From positions 380,143 to 424,754 of the forward strand of contig WELA01002119.1 of NCBI GenBank assembly GCA_009602735.1: a stretch of 44,612 nucleotides of DNA. The letters are read 5' to 3'. The translations under genes and the position numbers were made by a program. The DNA is from Mesotaenium endlicherianum. Its lineage: Eukaryota. Positions 9,835-23,172 of the stretch are shown here, one piece after another; positions within the stretch are counted from its first letter, which is position 1, and every line of letters starts with the position of its first letter. Below the pieces are notes generated by a model. The model saw only the letters and a program-made list of their open reading frames with translations, made no database searches and was not told the origin of the DNA.

Positions 9835-12800
9835 ATGGCCGAGCGTGATAAGGCGATCGTTTGCGATAATGGAACCGGAGTAAGATACTCAACGATACCA
9901 AATTGATCAAGCTCGAAGTGGCTCCTTATTGCTTGAACTTGGAAAATACTTAGCATCTCCGATTGAGGAGCGGGCGCTAAACAAAGCACACTGAACGCAG
10001 GCATTTATATAGCTTGTCTCAAGTTGTTCTTCATGTGATTGGGCTGCTGCAGCGAGAAAGTGAGAGGGGCTGGATGTATGCTTAGCAGACTCGGGGAGCA
10101 GTTTGTCAAATGTGGGTTTGCAGGAGAAAACTTTCCCACGGCAGTCTTTCCTAGCATGGTTGGACGCCCTATGCTGCGATATGAAGAATCCATGGGGGAA
10201 GCGGCAGTGAAGGTGAGTGGCATGTTAAACTGTATATGTATAAATATTCGGAGATTGAGCGCAGTTCTATGTTTGTGATTGAAGCCAGTGAGACCTGCAA
10301 GGGTAGCGAAGTAGCTTCTTGATCTTGAAGAGTTTCCTACTCGGGAGAAACTGAAGCGTGTCATTGAGTACCAGTTGAATCTTCACTGGTGGTTCAGATA
10401 TATGTGCATTATGACCAAATGTGTATTTGATGAAATCGTACTCTACTAGGATGCCTTCAGAAACGTTTACCTACTAGTGGACGGAGAATGTGGACTCCGT
10501 CGTTTAGCCTAGGATAAGTGGTGTGGATGACGATGACTTCCATTGGTGACTTCTTAAGTTGGCAACATTTTACCTATCCCCTCCAATGTAGAGGTGACGA
10601 GGGAGAGAGCACTGCATACAGTAGAAAGCTTGACCTGCCTCGTGCCATTTGTCATACCTGGAGGCTGCTGTTAACGAGAATGCATGGGCTAGCTTGCAAT
10701 CTTGTAATGTGCTCGTGGTGGGCCTCGTTCATGTTTTTCTTGTGCAAGCTTGTATCTGCTCTTTGCAAATAGGCTGGCATCCAGGTCAGCTCTAAGTAGT
10801 CCTCAGGAAACAACTACTCCGTGTAGTGGTTTCATTTTGCTCTGAAGGAGATGAGGAGATAGATTGTGGTGCACCTTCCGTCATGAGGGTAAGAATGGAG
10901 TGTGCAGGCAGCTTACTCTGCCCATGAATCAGTTAACTGCAACAACTGGAAAGTTGCTGGGGAAAGGGGGCCTCTGTGACTCTTTGCTTCTGTTGGGGGA
11001 GGTGTGGAGTGCGTGGACCTCTTGAGAGACCCTTGGGCTGTCCTCATTGGCTTCCAATATCGACCTAAATGAGGCAGTGGGATGCTTGGTGTGCGCAGGA
11101 CAGAGTAGTGGGAGAGGAGTGCTCGAAGAACAGGTATCAGCTCGAAGTCAGCTACCCTATCAGCAATGGGGTGGTGCAGAACTGGGGTGACATGGGCCTC
11201 ATATGGGACCACGCGTTTTACGACGTGCTCAAGGTAATAGCTCGCAGGAGGTGCCCAAGTGAATCCCTGCCTTGGCAGCCCTCCTAGGTCCTGTGAGCTG
11301 ACACAAAGCTGGAGAGACATGCGGGGGGGCTTGATAGAGGCCACCTTGGAATTGTCGGTTGGCCCTGTATGCGATAGGAGTGGCAATGAGCGTGCCCGTC
11401 ATGCCAAGAAGCAGTTACGGATCAAATGGCACCCTGAAATGGCACCTTTGAAAATCTGCAGCTGTTATATATTCTGAAAATGCATGTACCTTGGTTGACG
11501 ATTGGTCTATTGTCCGGGAGTCATCATCAGTTTACAGCACGTACCAGGGGACATAGGGGGGCCGCACTGCTGCCCCCTGGGGGAGATGGGTCCGAGCGTG
11601 ACGTTGGGCATGTTGATGGTCTTGGCAGATTGACCCGACAGAGACACGCGTGCTGCTCACGGATCCTCCCCTCAATCCGACTCGAAACCGCGAGAGAATG
11701 GTACAGGGCCCTGCCGTGAAAGCCCATGCACCTCCTCTCCTTCAAAAATGTCCGCCTCCAGCATTCCCTTGTTTCACACCCTTGTTTTCACGCCCTTGTT
11801 ATCATAACCTTCCGTTCTAGTCCATGCGTGCCAGTTGACTTGTGGTCTCCTGGAAATGTCACCAGTTGCTAGCAAGGTGCAGCGAAGCAAAACCCCAAAC
11901 CTGGACACTTGAGAGGGGCAGTTTTACAATGAACATGGGAATGCTTGGTTTCACTTCTGCGTAACTTGGCGTCTATGTGACGTCTGAAGCATCTCCTGTA
12001 CCTTCAATGCCACATGCTGCCGTCACCTTTCCGCCTTTAAGAGCATTGCATGCGGTGTTGTGAGGCGTTGACATGCACGTTTGCTACCATCAAGTTGCCT
12101 GCTAACGGGGGCTTCACACGATGATGGTGTCACGATGATGATGATGAAAACGCAGTAGCGCATGCTGTGAGTGAGACCACCATGGGGTTATTGATTCCGT
12201 GCAGCCCACCAAGTACTCCTTATGGCAGAGAGCTTACAGCAGAGAGCAGAGAGGGGCCTCGGTTTAAGGCCATCGCGCGCAGGTGCGAATATAATCGAGG
12301 AATCGAGGCTCGCCTGAAGGTGCTGGCCTTGTTCCCTTCGCTGGATACTAAGAGGGCTGGGAAGGCAGGAAGGCTGGCTGGTGATGTCCGTGGGCGGACA
12401 AGAGCGAGAGCGCTTTCATGTTGACTGACTGCTTGCACCGTGCTCGCTGTGTGTGTGTGTGCGCGCGCGTGTGTGTGTATGGATGCGCGCCCGTGCGTGT
12501 GGGTGTGTTTCTGGGTGTGTGTACGTGTGCGCATGTGAAAGGCAGATTCAGACCATGTTTGAGAAGTACGGGTTTGCTGGCGCCTTCATCCAGATCCAGG
12601 CGGTGCTCACTCTGTATGCCCAAGGTATGCCTGGCGTCCCCCCCTGCCCGCTTGCTGTCGCTGGTTTCTCGGGTTGACCTTCACTGGTGTCACCGCTGCA
12701 AGCGCTCGTGCACAGAGTGCTGAAAGTGCTCGCTCATACTCTCGCCACCTGCAGGCAGGTCGCATGTGTTAAGCTGTTGAAAGGAAAGTCAGTCTAGGTG

Positions 12801-15800
12801 CTGGGGATGGATTGAATACTGTGCGAGGCAGCTTGAGAGAAGGATGTCAAGGGCTGCATGAGAATGGCCGAGGCGTCGGCTATTGTTGCAGCTCTTGTCC
12901 TCGGCCTAGTCATGACAGGGATGGGGTATGACGACATCTCACCTCACTCTGTGACTTGCTTGCCTGGCGTCTGCAGGGCTGCTGACGGGTCTGGTTGTCG
13001 ACTCGGGTGACGGCGTCACACACGTGGTGAGCTTCCGCTGTTTGACTTGAGGCAGCCTCAGACATGCACCGCCACACTGGCATGCACTGTATGCAGCCAC
13101 TGAGGCGGTGGCATTTCCGTGGTATGAGTAGCAAGAGGATGCCGAAGTCGTAGCCGTGTGTCTCGCAGCCGCTGAGACTAATGTGGCACTCCCGTTTTTT
13201 GTCAGGTGCCTGTCGTGGATGGCTATGCCTTCCCTCACCTCACCAAGCGCATGGGCATCGCTGGCCGCCACATCACCTCGTACCTCGTCGACCTTCTCCT
13301 GCGAAGAGGGTATTGACCATGGCCTCCAACTTTTCCTCCCACTCCTCTCACCTCTCCCGCCCCTCACTTCCCTCCCCCCNNNNNNNNNNNNNNNNNNNNN
13401 NNNNNNNNNNNNNNNNNNNNNNNNNNNNNNNNNNNNNNNNNNNNNNNNNNNNNNNNNNNNNNNNNNNNNNNNNNNNNNNNNNNNNNNNNNNNNNNNNNNN
13501 NNNNNNNNNNNNNNNNNNNNNNNNNNNNNNNNNNNNNNNNNNNNNNNNNNNNNNNNNNNNNNNNNNNNNNNNNNNNNNNNNNNNNNNNNNNNNNNNNNNN
13601 NNNNNNNNNNNNNNNNNNNNNNNNNNNNNNNNNNNNNNNNNNNNNNNNNNNNNNNNNNNNNNNNNNNNNNNNNNNNNNNNNNNNNNNNNNNNNNNNNNNN
13701 NNNNNNNNNNNNNNNNNNNNNNNNNNNNNNNNNNNNNNNNNNNNNNNNNNNNNNNNNNNNNNNNNNNNNNNNNNNNNNNNNNNNNNNNNNNNNNNNNNNN
13801 NNNNNNNNNNNNNNNNNNNNNNNNNNNNNNNNNNNNNNNNNNNNNNNNNNNNNNNNNNNNNNNNNNNNNNNNNNNNNNNNNNNNNNNNNNNNNNNNNNNN
13901 NNNNNNNNNNNNNNNNNNNNNNNNNNNNNNNNNNNNNNNNNNNNNNNNNNNNNNNNNNNNNNNNNNNNNNNNNNNNNNNNNCCCCCCTCTCTTCCTCTTA
14001 AACACATCCCGCCCCCTCTGGGCTTCGTCTGTGGCTTCCGCTTCTGCCACTGATTCAACAGATTCTATCTGTCTGATGCTATTTCCCCTGGCCCGCTGTG
14101 AAAGAGCCGTCCTCGGCCAGCTGTGTGAATGGTGAGCACGTCTCTCCACGACTAAGCTGCCGTTTCTCTTGCTCCGTCTTCGTGAGCGCTCCTCTACAGC
14201 AGGGCAGTTTGTGGATCATACCTCCCTACCCTGAACAGCAGGCAGTCGCGTGTGGCAATGGGGACGAGTGCCAGGAAGAACCGCGAGCGTCAACGTTGTC
14301 GTGACGGCGCTGAAGTTTGATGCTAGTGGTCGCTACTGTTGTTGCAGCTCTCTCATTTCTGCTGAGCTGTGCTCTTCTCTGAGACCTTCCCTCCCACTTG
14401 TGATCCACAGCTGGCCGTGATCTACGACACGCCTGGCATTATTCTCCAAGTGTGCTGCTTCCTGCTGCTGGCTGACCACGTCCGATTTCCACATCCCCCC
14501 CTTTGCAGGTACGCGTTCAATCGCACGTCAGATTTCGAGACGGTGCGCGAGATGAAGGAGGACCTCTGCTATGTCAGGTTCACTCACGCCTCCCTCCTGA
14601 CGACCATATGCCCCTCTCCCTTTTCTGTCTTGACTTGAAAGCGCTTTTTGCAGGGGCAAAGTGCCCCGACCTCTGACGCCCCACCCGGCGTGGCAAATGC
14701 CTGTGCCCCTGGAGTGTCAGCGCAGCGGCGCCTTGCAAGCTGACTGGGTCGCATTTCTGCAGGATGACTTCTGAACAAGGAGCATCCCAAAGGGCCTCGG
14801 TGTACCCCTGCTCGTGTCAGAGCCCTGGCATTTTGATGCCACTGTGTGTTCCCAAAAGGAAGTGGAGGCTGCCCTCTGGCCGTCCATCCCGCGCTCAAAG
14901 GAGCTCTTCCTTTCTTGTTGGCCTTCCGCTTGACCTTGTAATTACTTGGCCTTATGATTGACAAGGAGGCACAAAGTTGTGTGGGCGTTGCGGCAGCGCC
15001 GACTTCAAGCGGGAGATGCAGCTGGCGCTGGAGACCACCATCCTGGTCAAGTCGTACACGGTACCTCTCGCTCCTCCTCTCCTGCTCTCCCGCGCCTGCT
15101 CTCTTATTGTCCGAGACGCGCCTTTGGTCCACTGAAGCGGCATCTCAAGTGACCATCTTTTGCGGAAGCTTTGTGAGTGGGAGCACTGTCAAGCCCATTT
15201 GCATGTTCCTACTTGCTGAACTACGGGGTTCTGGTGATTGAAGAAGGAGTTGCTGCATCAGCATCAGAAGCAGCAGTATCCGCATCAGCAGCACCGACCT
15301 CAGCTGCTGCTGCAGCAGCAACAGGAGGAGCAGATGGAGCAGCAGCAGCAGACTCAGTCATCCCGCAGACTTTGACATATTGCAGCATTTGATCTTATCA
15401 TGGATGCCTGTAATGCTTGCCTGTGGCAAGCAGAGGATCTCCTTCTTAAAATGTTACACCTGGCGCAAGCTGGAGCAAGTGGTTCTGACTGATTGCCAAC
15501 AGTTGCCAGATGGCAGGGTCATCAAAGTGGGAGCGGAGCGCTTCCAAGCGCCCGAGGCTCTCTTCACGCCTGTCAGTACCGCACACCTGTCACCCCCCCC
15601 TCTGTCCCCAGCTGTCACGATCTGCCACGTGGACATGAAGCAGCACTATGCTAGATGCAGCCTGACCTCTCGCTACAAGACCGACAACTTTAGAGGAAGC
15701 ACATCACCGCGACCTTGCTGTGGCTCCAGCTGAATGGCCCCCACGCTTCTTGCAAGCGTGCTTGGCGAGTCGTTTCGTGCCTCGAGCCAGCAGACTGAAG

Positions 15801-18531
15801 GGCATGTTTGGGCTCATTCATGTCAAGAGTCCGTCGCCCAGCAGTCCACCCCGTGGTTGACTTTTTCAGTAGGTGCACGCCTGCTTGCTGCAAAGGACTG
15901 CGCCCGACAGGTTGGGAGAGCGGCTCTCTGCCCGGATGCTGCTGGCGCCTGTGCGTGCACATGCACATGCACATGCACACGCACATGCGCATGCTTCGTG
16001 ACGGCGCAAGCGGGGGCTGGCAGCTTGAACTGGCCTGACCGTATTGGGGAGGGGTGGGGAGAGCAGGAGCTAATGGACAAAGAGGGCGACGGGCTGGCGG
16101 ACGTTGTCTTCCGCGCCATCCAGGAGATGGACATCGACAACCGCATGGTGGTACGCCCCTTGCTCCCCTGCTCCCCTGCTCCCTGCTCTTTGTCTCTGCT
16201 CCCTGCTTCCTGCCCCCCCCCCAAAAAAATAATAATCTGCAGGCTTGTCAGGGCTCTCATTGTGATGAGCGTGCTTACTGTCCTGCATTTGCTCTGCTGT
16301 GCGTGAGGCCATGGATGCCTCAGACTGCTTTAGGCTGCCTAATGCTGCTGCTGGGGCTGCCCCTGACGGTACTGCTGCCACTGCTGCAATTGTGGTTGGT
16401 GTGCTGGCGCCTCCACTGCTCCCATGAGTGTGTGCTTGGCCACTTATAGGTAAGGGCTGCACACTCTTTTCAGCCGATGCAGGGTCGCATGTCAACCTGC
16501 GTGGGGATAATCCTCTATTCGTCCTGCACATGTGGTGCATGCCAGCCAGCCAGTCAGCTAGAGAGAGAGCATCGGGCGGACAGACATTAGTAACAGCATT
16601 CTTATCTGAAAATCCCTCCATGTGCGAGAGTGCTCGCCCACTTGTGCTCTGTGCATTGGCCGTTGCTTTTTGCTCTCCGTCCAGGGGATCAGAAGGTTGG
16701 GAGAGCTGGCTCTTGAAAATATAGTTGGCTCCTCATACATGTGTGTGTGTGGGTGTGTGTGCGTGTGTGCGTGTGTGCATGTGGGCACGGGACACGTGAT
16801 ATGTGCCAGCTGTACCAACATATAGTGCTGAGTGGCGGCAGCACCATGTACCCTGGCCTTCCCAGCAGGTGTGCCTCTCTCTTCCCCCGTCCCAGGGCCC
16901 TGACAGCAGGCCCCGTAGCAACCCAGCCTCAGTAGGCGCCGCCGTGTTCGAAGTGGCTGGCTGCAAGGCGTGTATACTTGCGTTTCAATGCCCAATGTGG
17001 AGCAATCTGCATGTGATGTGTGGTTGTGGAAGCTGGTGCCCTCCCTTCCGAGTGGTAATGCGTGGACATGTCGTGAGCAGAGCAGGCGTAGCTTTTACAC
17101 TCCTGCTCTCTTCAGGATGCTGAGCTTGGCGCATGCACTTCTCGCTCCTTTTCCGCCACGGGCGCAGGCGATGGCGGCTGAGCTGCCACTCCTTTGGTCC
17201 CTTAGGCGTGGAGTCTCGTCTCACCCCTGTGTGTGGCCTGCTGAGCTGGCTGCACGGTGCAGGCTGGAGACGGAGCTGAAGGAGCGCTACTTGAGAGTTG
17301 TTCTCCGGGGGAACCGCGATGGCCTCAGGGTACTCGTGCTGCTCTCTCCTCTCTCCTCACTGCTCACTCCTCAGGCTTCACGGCTGAGCCAGAGTCCGTC
17401 ACGTTCGACTGGTCCTTGGTAGTTGAGGCTTAGGCTCTGCCAGCAGAAGTCCCCTCATGCGCCAGTTTGCTCTCAAGTGCTGCTGCTGCATCCGTGAACC
17501 AGGTCGCTCCTTTCAGTGGTAGCTGCTGGAGCAGCTAGACTATATGTATGTATGCCCGCGTGCGTGCCTTTACGCCTGCTCTGGCTCGAGGAGGACATGC
17601 GAGAGGCAGCACCGGGCCGATAGTCATATGCTGTGCAGTGTTTAAGGAGTGGATCGCGTGCATGCAGGCATGCATGCAAACCTGCATGCTCTGGCCGCAT
17701 GGAGCAGGGCAAGGGTTGAAGTGGTGTCTTGACCTTGTGTCTCTACTGGTCCCTTCTTGGGGTGCATGCAGAAGCTGCGACTGCGGATTGAAGACCCTCC
17801 CCGACGGAAGCACATGGTCTTCCTTGGTGGCGCTGTGTTGGCAGACATCATGAAGGTGGCTTTCTCTTTACCCCCCCCCCCTCCTTCTTTCCCTTCCCCA
17901 CAGCCTTGTCCATACTCCTTCCCTGCTTCTTCCTTCACCTAGCGTCCCCGCCTCATTTCACTATATTGTGGTCTTAGAAGATAATGCATGTGTACATCGC
18001 GGAAGTAAGTATTATCATTGGGTCTCTGCTGAGCTTGATGCTCTGCTATATTTCTGGAGTGAGCAGACAGCAGACCAAGCAGGAATGTGTCTTCTTTGAT
18101 GTTTCAAAATCATCTCCTGTCATTATGCATTTGGCAGTTAGATTTTGGAACCCCTGGCTGTGTTGGCGAGGTTGTTTTGTATTGCTTGGTGACTATCAAG
18201 TACTTTAATGTTATCTGCTCCAACCTTAATAATGAGCACTCCGCTAAGGAGGCAGTTATTGCAGCCTATAGTGCCGTCTTTTGCCACATAATTCTCAAAC
18301 CAACCCCTCATCTATTCCCAAATTTGTTTTTTCATTCATGTGGAGGGCACTCAAATTGTTGCGAAAATGTTGAAACCCTTCGACCGTGAATCTGCTAGTT
18401 GGTGCCGTGCTGTTCTCTGGGATGTGTCTCACATGCTTCTTGTCTTGCAGGACAAGCCGGAATTTTGGATCAGCAAACAGGAGTACGAGGAGGAGGGAGT
18501 CAAGTGCTTGAGAAAGTGCGGCCAAGCATAA
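9835..18531 (+). CDS. ARP2: Actin-related protein 2 (Arp2/3 complex subunit), 15 exons, 390 aa
   Basis: Exons 9835-9879, 10102-10212, 11099-11233, 11629-11700, 12546-12624, 12977-13026, 13206-13309, 14509-14577, 14997-15060, 15503-15571, 16067-16150, 16810-16868, 17263-17329, 17772-17855, 18451-18531 total 1173 nt, all GT-AG and phase-consistent. Motifs include [66 protein letters not shown] and the ARP2-type [33 protein letters not shown]. Confidence 0.96.
13380..13981. other. Assembly gap (N run) in ARP2 intron 7
   Basis: The flanking exons join in frame (LLRRG|YAFNRT), so no coding sequence appears lost. Confidence 0.99.
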
Positions 18532-19945
18532 GTGTTAAAATTTGTAGTGCAACAAAGGGGGGTGCCTAGCGGAAGAGGTACTTGGGCATTGAGAACTAGT
18601 ATGTGTCTAATGTACATCACCATATTGGAGATTGACCCATCTACTTCCAACTCACTATGTATATAAAGCGATTGAACCCTACGGTCATGGTTGGTGGTGA
18701 TGTGCATTGCCTTCAAACACTTCAAAATAGGCACGATGGCAACTTCGGGCGTCTAATATTACAACAGAACTAGTGGGAACGAGAAGGCCAAGTTTTTTAA
18801 GTAGTACCTTGAGATTCAAAGCAGGAATGTCCCTTGATCCAAGTGTGGCCATTCATGAACGTGATGGTTCAAGAGGTGTGCATAGTGAGAATGCAGTTTG
18901 TTTTATGCTTTTTTGAGTAAGATTGTTGTTTTTTTAAAGGTGGACAAGGTGTTGGCGTGTTTTATTGCTAAAGGTCAGCTTCTTCGCACTTCAAGTTTTT
19001 CTCATTTGATTCAAGTAGGTCGTAGACAACCGAAAGATCAACCTCCAACTTTTCTGTGCTTGAACCTTGCACGTTTCACAGATAATGTGGAATATTTTAT
19101 GTCCTACACAAGTGACATAGAAATGGCCAGCTCTTTCAGAATGCAATCTGATACAATTTGCTCAAGAATGATATCACTAATGCAGTCACTATATCTTGTA
19201 ATGTGAGGCACATATACGCTCTTACGAACAATGGGAAAATGTAGTGGAAGATCACGACATGGTCAAAATTGATGAAGGCCTGACTGTGGCAACGTAGATC
19301 TTTTTGTTTCTTTTCTGGTTGATAGAAGGTGCTTAAGGACCACGTTTGGAGCATGCAACAAGATAGAATCGAAAAATGGCACTGAATGTCTCGCCACTTT
19401 GGCGAATATGGCTCACTTAAGGGCTCATCGTCACTACAGTTGCACCACCCAACCTACTAGTGATATCAGCTGAGGGCCACGTCGTTTCGGCTAAAGACCA
19501 ATTCATCAGAAGCACATAGATCGTACTAAGTTTGAGAAGTTGCATAAGAGCAGCTGATAGGAGGCACATGTAATGATTTGCCCTAGTCTATCTTACGTTT
19601 GTCTTCGGCCCGCTGCGGCCAGCTGCGGCACGCTGCTGCGGAGCACCTTGCCCTGGTTGCAGACCCTGCCATGGCCTGGGCCAGCCAGGGCCCTGCACCA
19701 GCCTGCACCCAGCCTGCGTCAACTGTTATTGGCTGCAAGTATAGGTCGCATGTGGTAGAAGGCTCTGATGAAAAGTAGCAGGATATTCTTCCGATTGGCA
19801 CCAATTTTAGGTCCTTACGCAACTCGGCTTAGATCTTTCTCCTGTCCAGATTGGGCAGCGCACCACTGGACGCGGTTGAACTGGGTTGAACGTCCAAAAA
19901 CACGAGACAAGTGTAAAAGGTCATGCGGAAAATGCAGTCCTCCAG

Positions 19946-21112
19946 GTTCCTGACCTCCAAACTCCTCAGGACCATCGAAAAAGAGGGAATCTATGGCCGT
20001 CCGAGAGGCTTCAAGAATACGCATGTCAAATTGTCAATCGGCTTGAGCAGTCGCACTTGAGTGGGCGTGGCACGGCGGTCGGATATATACGCTGGAGAAT
20101 TGGGGCATCTTGAATCCACCCGTTGCAAAGAGGCCGAAGATAGCCGAAATACAGCAACCTGCTGGCTGCTGCTGGCAATCTGCTTCAGGAAGTTGCCCGA
20201 AGTTGATAAAATTGCTGGACGATGATTGGTAGTGACCAGGAGTGACTGAGAAAAGTGAAGTAGGCTCGTGCCAATGCGTGCCAACACAAATTATCCTGCA
20301 GTTTCCTTTCTGTTACTGATGACATCAAGGAGACGGTTGAAAATGTTAAGGAACAAACTCCTGAAAAGTGCTAGACCGAGTGTTGAAAAAGAGCCGTCGA
20401 TGCGACTTTCTCTCTACAAAAATACGGTCTAGATTCTTAAGATGATTTACCAGATTTAAGATTTGAGAATAATGGAGCAGCTTCCTGTCACCGCAGCAGC
20501 TGGCAGCTGTGAACGGGCCAGGAAAAAGTGGTAAGAGCATCTTGCCTCCTGCTTCACTCCAGCGGATTCTAGCCGTGAGCTCAGTAAAGCTGCATCACAC
20601 CAGATCAGATCATAGCTTCTCATTTTCTTCGACGGTTTCGAGCAGTGCTAGGAGTCCGGAGAGATAAAGAATAGTTCATTTGCAGGTTGCTCCAACATAT
20701 TAAGCTAGCGACGTGAGGTAAGGTCTCATAAGCATCATTGACATCATTGGACGGAGAACCGGCCTCACATTTATTGGAGTTTGCTAAAACTTTTTACTTT
20801 GCGCTTAACAACAGGACTATGAATACCCAGGAGTCAAGGCCAGCTGCCGCTGGGTATGTCAATGCGAATCACGTGAAGCCCAACCTTTATGGCAGTGAGA
20901 GGATCATCGGTAGTGCATACCATCCTCAGCAGGATAGTAGGCCCGTGTTTGGTGCTTCAAGGGGCTTGTCTTACACATCACCATCGCGTCAGCCTGGGGG
21001 AAGATCGGCAATTGCCAATGCTTTTCAGAAGATGAGGGAATACAAGGAGCTGAAGACAGCTGGTGTTAACGTCGTTCCTAGGCCTGCTGCTGCACCTCGC
21101 AGCATAGCTTAA
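19946..21112 (+). CDS. Putative small multi-exon gene of unknown function (start uncertain; candidate ATGs at 19573 or 19671)
   Basis: Phase-consistent GT-AG chain 19946-20060, 20189-20228, 20302-20344, 20481-20530, 20686-20712, 20815-21112 (TAA) gives ...ERLQEYACQIVNRLEQSHLRSCPKLIKLLDDDCFLSVTDDIKETVENLPVTAAAGSCERARKKWLLQHIKLATTMNTQESRP... Introns are 73-155 nt. No family recognised. Confidence 0.4.
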
Positions 21113-23172
21113 GCCTGTGTACCATGAGGGAGGATCAGAACTCGTCAGCCATCCCGGGGTGTACATGAAGGCATTGTCCTGTGTATTTTGTATATAGATT
21201 GGAGGACAAATAGCATTAGAACATCCCGTAGCTTTTGCTCCTAGTGGAGTGTGTCTCGCCTGAGATAATGGACGACATGTATAGGCCACCCATGTGGCAC
21301 GTTCTACCTTGTCAATGCTAAGAGTATAGAAGGTGTGAAGGAGAGGTGGTGGCCATGGGGATGGCACAGAAGCTTGTCCCCTTGGCACAAAGTTTTCAAT
21401 TTCATTGTCGTATAGATGATCAGATGGATACATTCTGAAGTAGCCATTCGCTGGGCATGTGACTAGCGTCCTCTTGTTGTAATATTTATCTGTTTCAATA
21501 TATATACTGTACTTTAAAAGGCCTGCATCCTGATCATTGTTGGGACAAGCTTTGCAGCATGTACAACTTGTTGGTACACTCCTTTTTGGAGAATTCGGAA
21601 GCTTCACCAGAGCTTAGTGCTTGGTAGTTAAGTATATTTTAACTTCATGCACAACATCCTGTTCTATTTTGTACGATCTGCGTGTTTCTTAAGTTAGTTT
21701 GTTTCTGCACTCAGAAGTGTTTGAGTACTTTGCAATTACTGCAGTGCCTGAGCTTCCGATGTATGTTGCTTGATACTGCGGCGGTATTTTGCTTCAAATT
21801 GGTGAGAATCTCATAGAACACGTTGTGCAACTGCTGTGGTGCCCCCTTTCGAGATGTCCGCTGCTTTATTGTCCTCTTGGTGTTACACTATACGAGGGAG
21901 AAATGTAGAAAGTTCTGGATCCGCATGTTCAGCGAAAATCACCAAACTGCAATTAGCCCTTGTAAGTGTTAAGCATGCCACTTGAGAGCAGTCCCTCCTT
22001 GTTCTTGCTTCATGAGTTCTGCCACAAATAATCATTTTGGGTGACGTAAGGCCTCCGACCAAGAGCCAATATATTGCGGTCCAAATTGCAGGCTGGTTGG
22101 AACAGGTACATGTCTTACAACATTGCTCATATCCTTGGCCTACAATTTTTGCAAATAAGTGTTCTAGGTCGGCTGTGCACAGAGAAGCTTATTTAGCACG
22201 AAGTTTGGGGCACTTTTCTGGGTCGTGGATTGATGTTTAATATTGTGAAGTTTGCCAGCAAGCAGACAAAAGATGTGTCAATAAGTGCATCTAAGAACAA
22301 AGTGACTCCTATCTACATTAACCTTCACAACAAGCTGTATTTGCACATAGTGGTAAAGAGGTTCCCTGGACCGTTTGGTCCACAAATCTGGATGTGCTAT
22401 AACTGGCCATGACCATTTCAGATTCATTTTTGCACTAGGTGAAGGAGCAACTGTCGTGAACATCTGAAGCTCAGTGGTGGAAGTGTCGAAAACATCTGCT
22501 GTCCACAGACGTGAGATGCAGTCAAGAGATAAGACGTGGTAACAAAGAATGCCTGCAATTGCGCATGGGTAAGTATGAGCTCAGACATGCTGCTGACAAT
22601 ATATTCCAAGCATGCCAATTTTTTTTTTTTGATTATGCGATGATGCTTAGAAGAGGACACCACCACCTCATACTTCAAATGCTAACTTCATTCATTTTTG
22701 TTCCTGCTTAGTCTAAGGCCCATGACGTGGAATAAGTCTTAATCCTACTTTCCACCTTCCCCACGACTTCTATCTGAATGAGAAGCTACAAAATCTTCAG
22801 CAAAGTGGTCATGACGACAAAAGGACAGCAGTCAATGCCAGCGATCTCCCCTCTGCTCACAATGGCCGACTTCGAGAGGTTTTGCGACCTTAGTGGAGAC
22901 TAGTGACTCTTTGAGCGGAGGTCCACTTGTGGTTATACATATCAGAGACCTCCACGTGCGTGCTCTCTCCGGGCTCTTTCCCGGGTTGCAAATTAAGCCC
23001 TTGCATCAGGTGCAGCCTTGGCTGCAGCACATACCAACAGTCGCGGAGCCGTCAGCTATCGAGCCCAGGCTTACGCACGCTTGCTTGGCACCAACCACCG
23101 ATGCACAAATTGCCTCCTATGATCAATCCATAAAAAGTACATTCCCTGAGCTTTCACATCAAAGGCTCAATT

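Noticed and set aside
15177..15392. Ala-rich ORF inside ARP2 intron 9
   Set aside because: Degenerate (GCA)n microsatellite. The flanking ARP2 exons join correctly without it, and it lacks clear splice sites.
9835..18531. Conventional actin
   Set aside because: The 390-aa length and motifs ([28 protein letters not shown]) are ARP2-type rather than actin-type.
20978..21607. 209-aa minus-strand ORF with Cys clusters
   Set aside because: Starts at GTG right after an in-frame stop, has no recognisable domain, and overlaps antisense to the last exon and 3' UTR of the plus-strand candidate. Probably chance, though not excluded.
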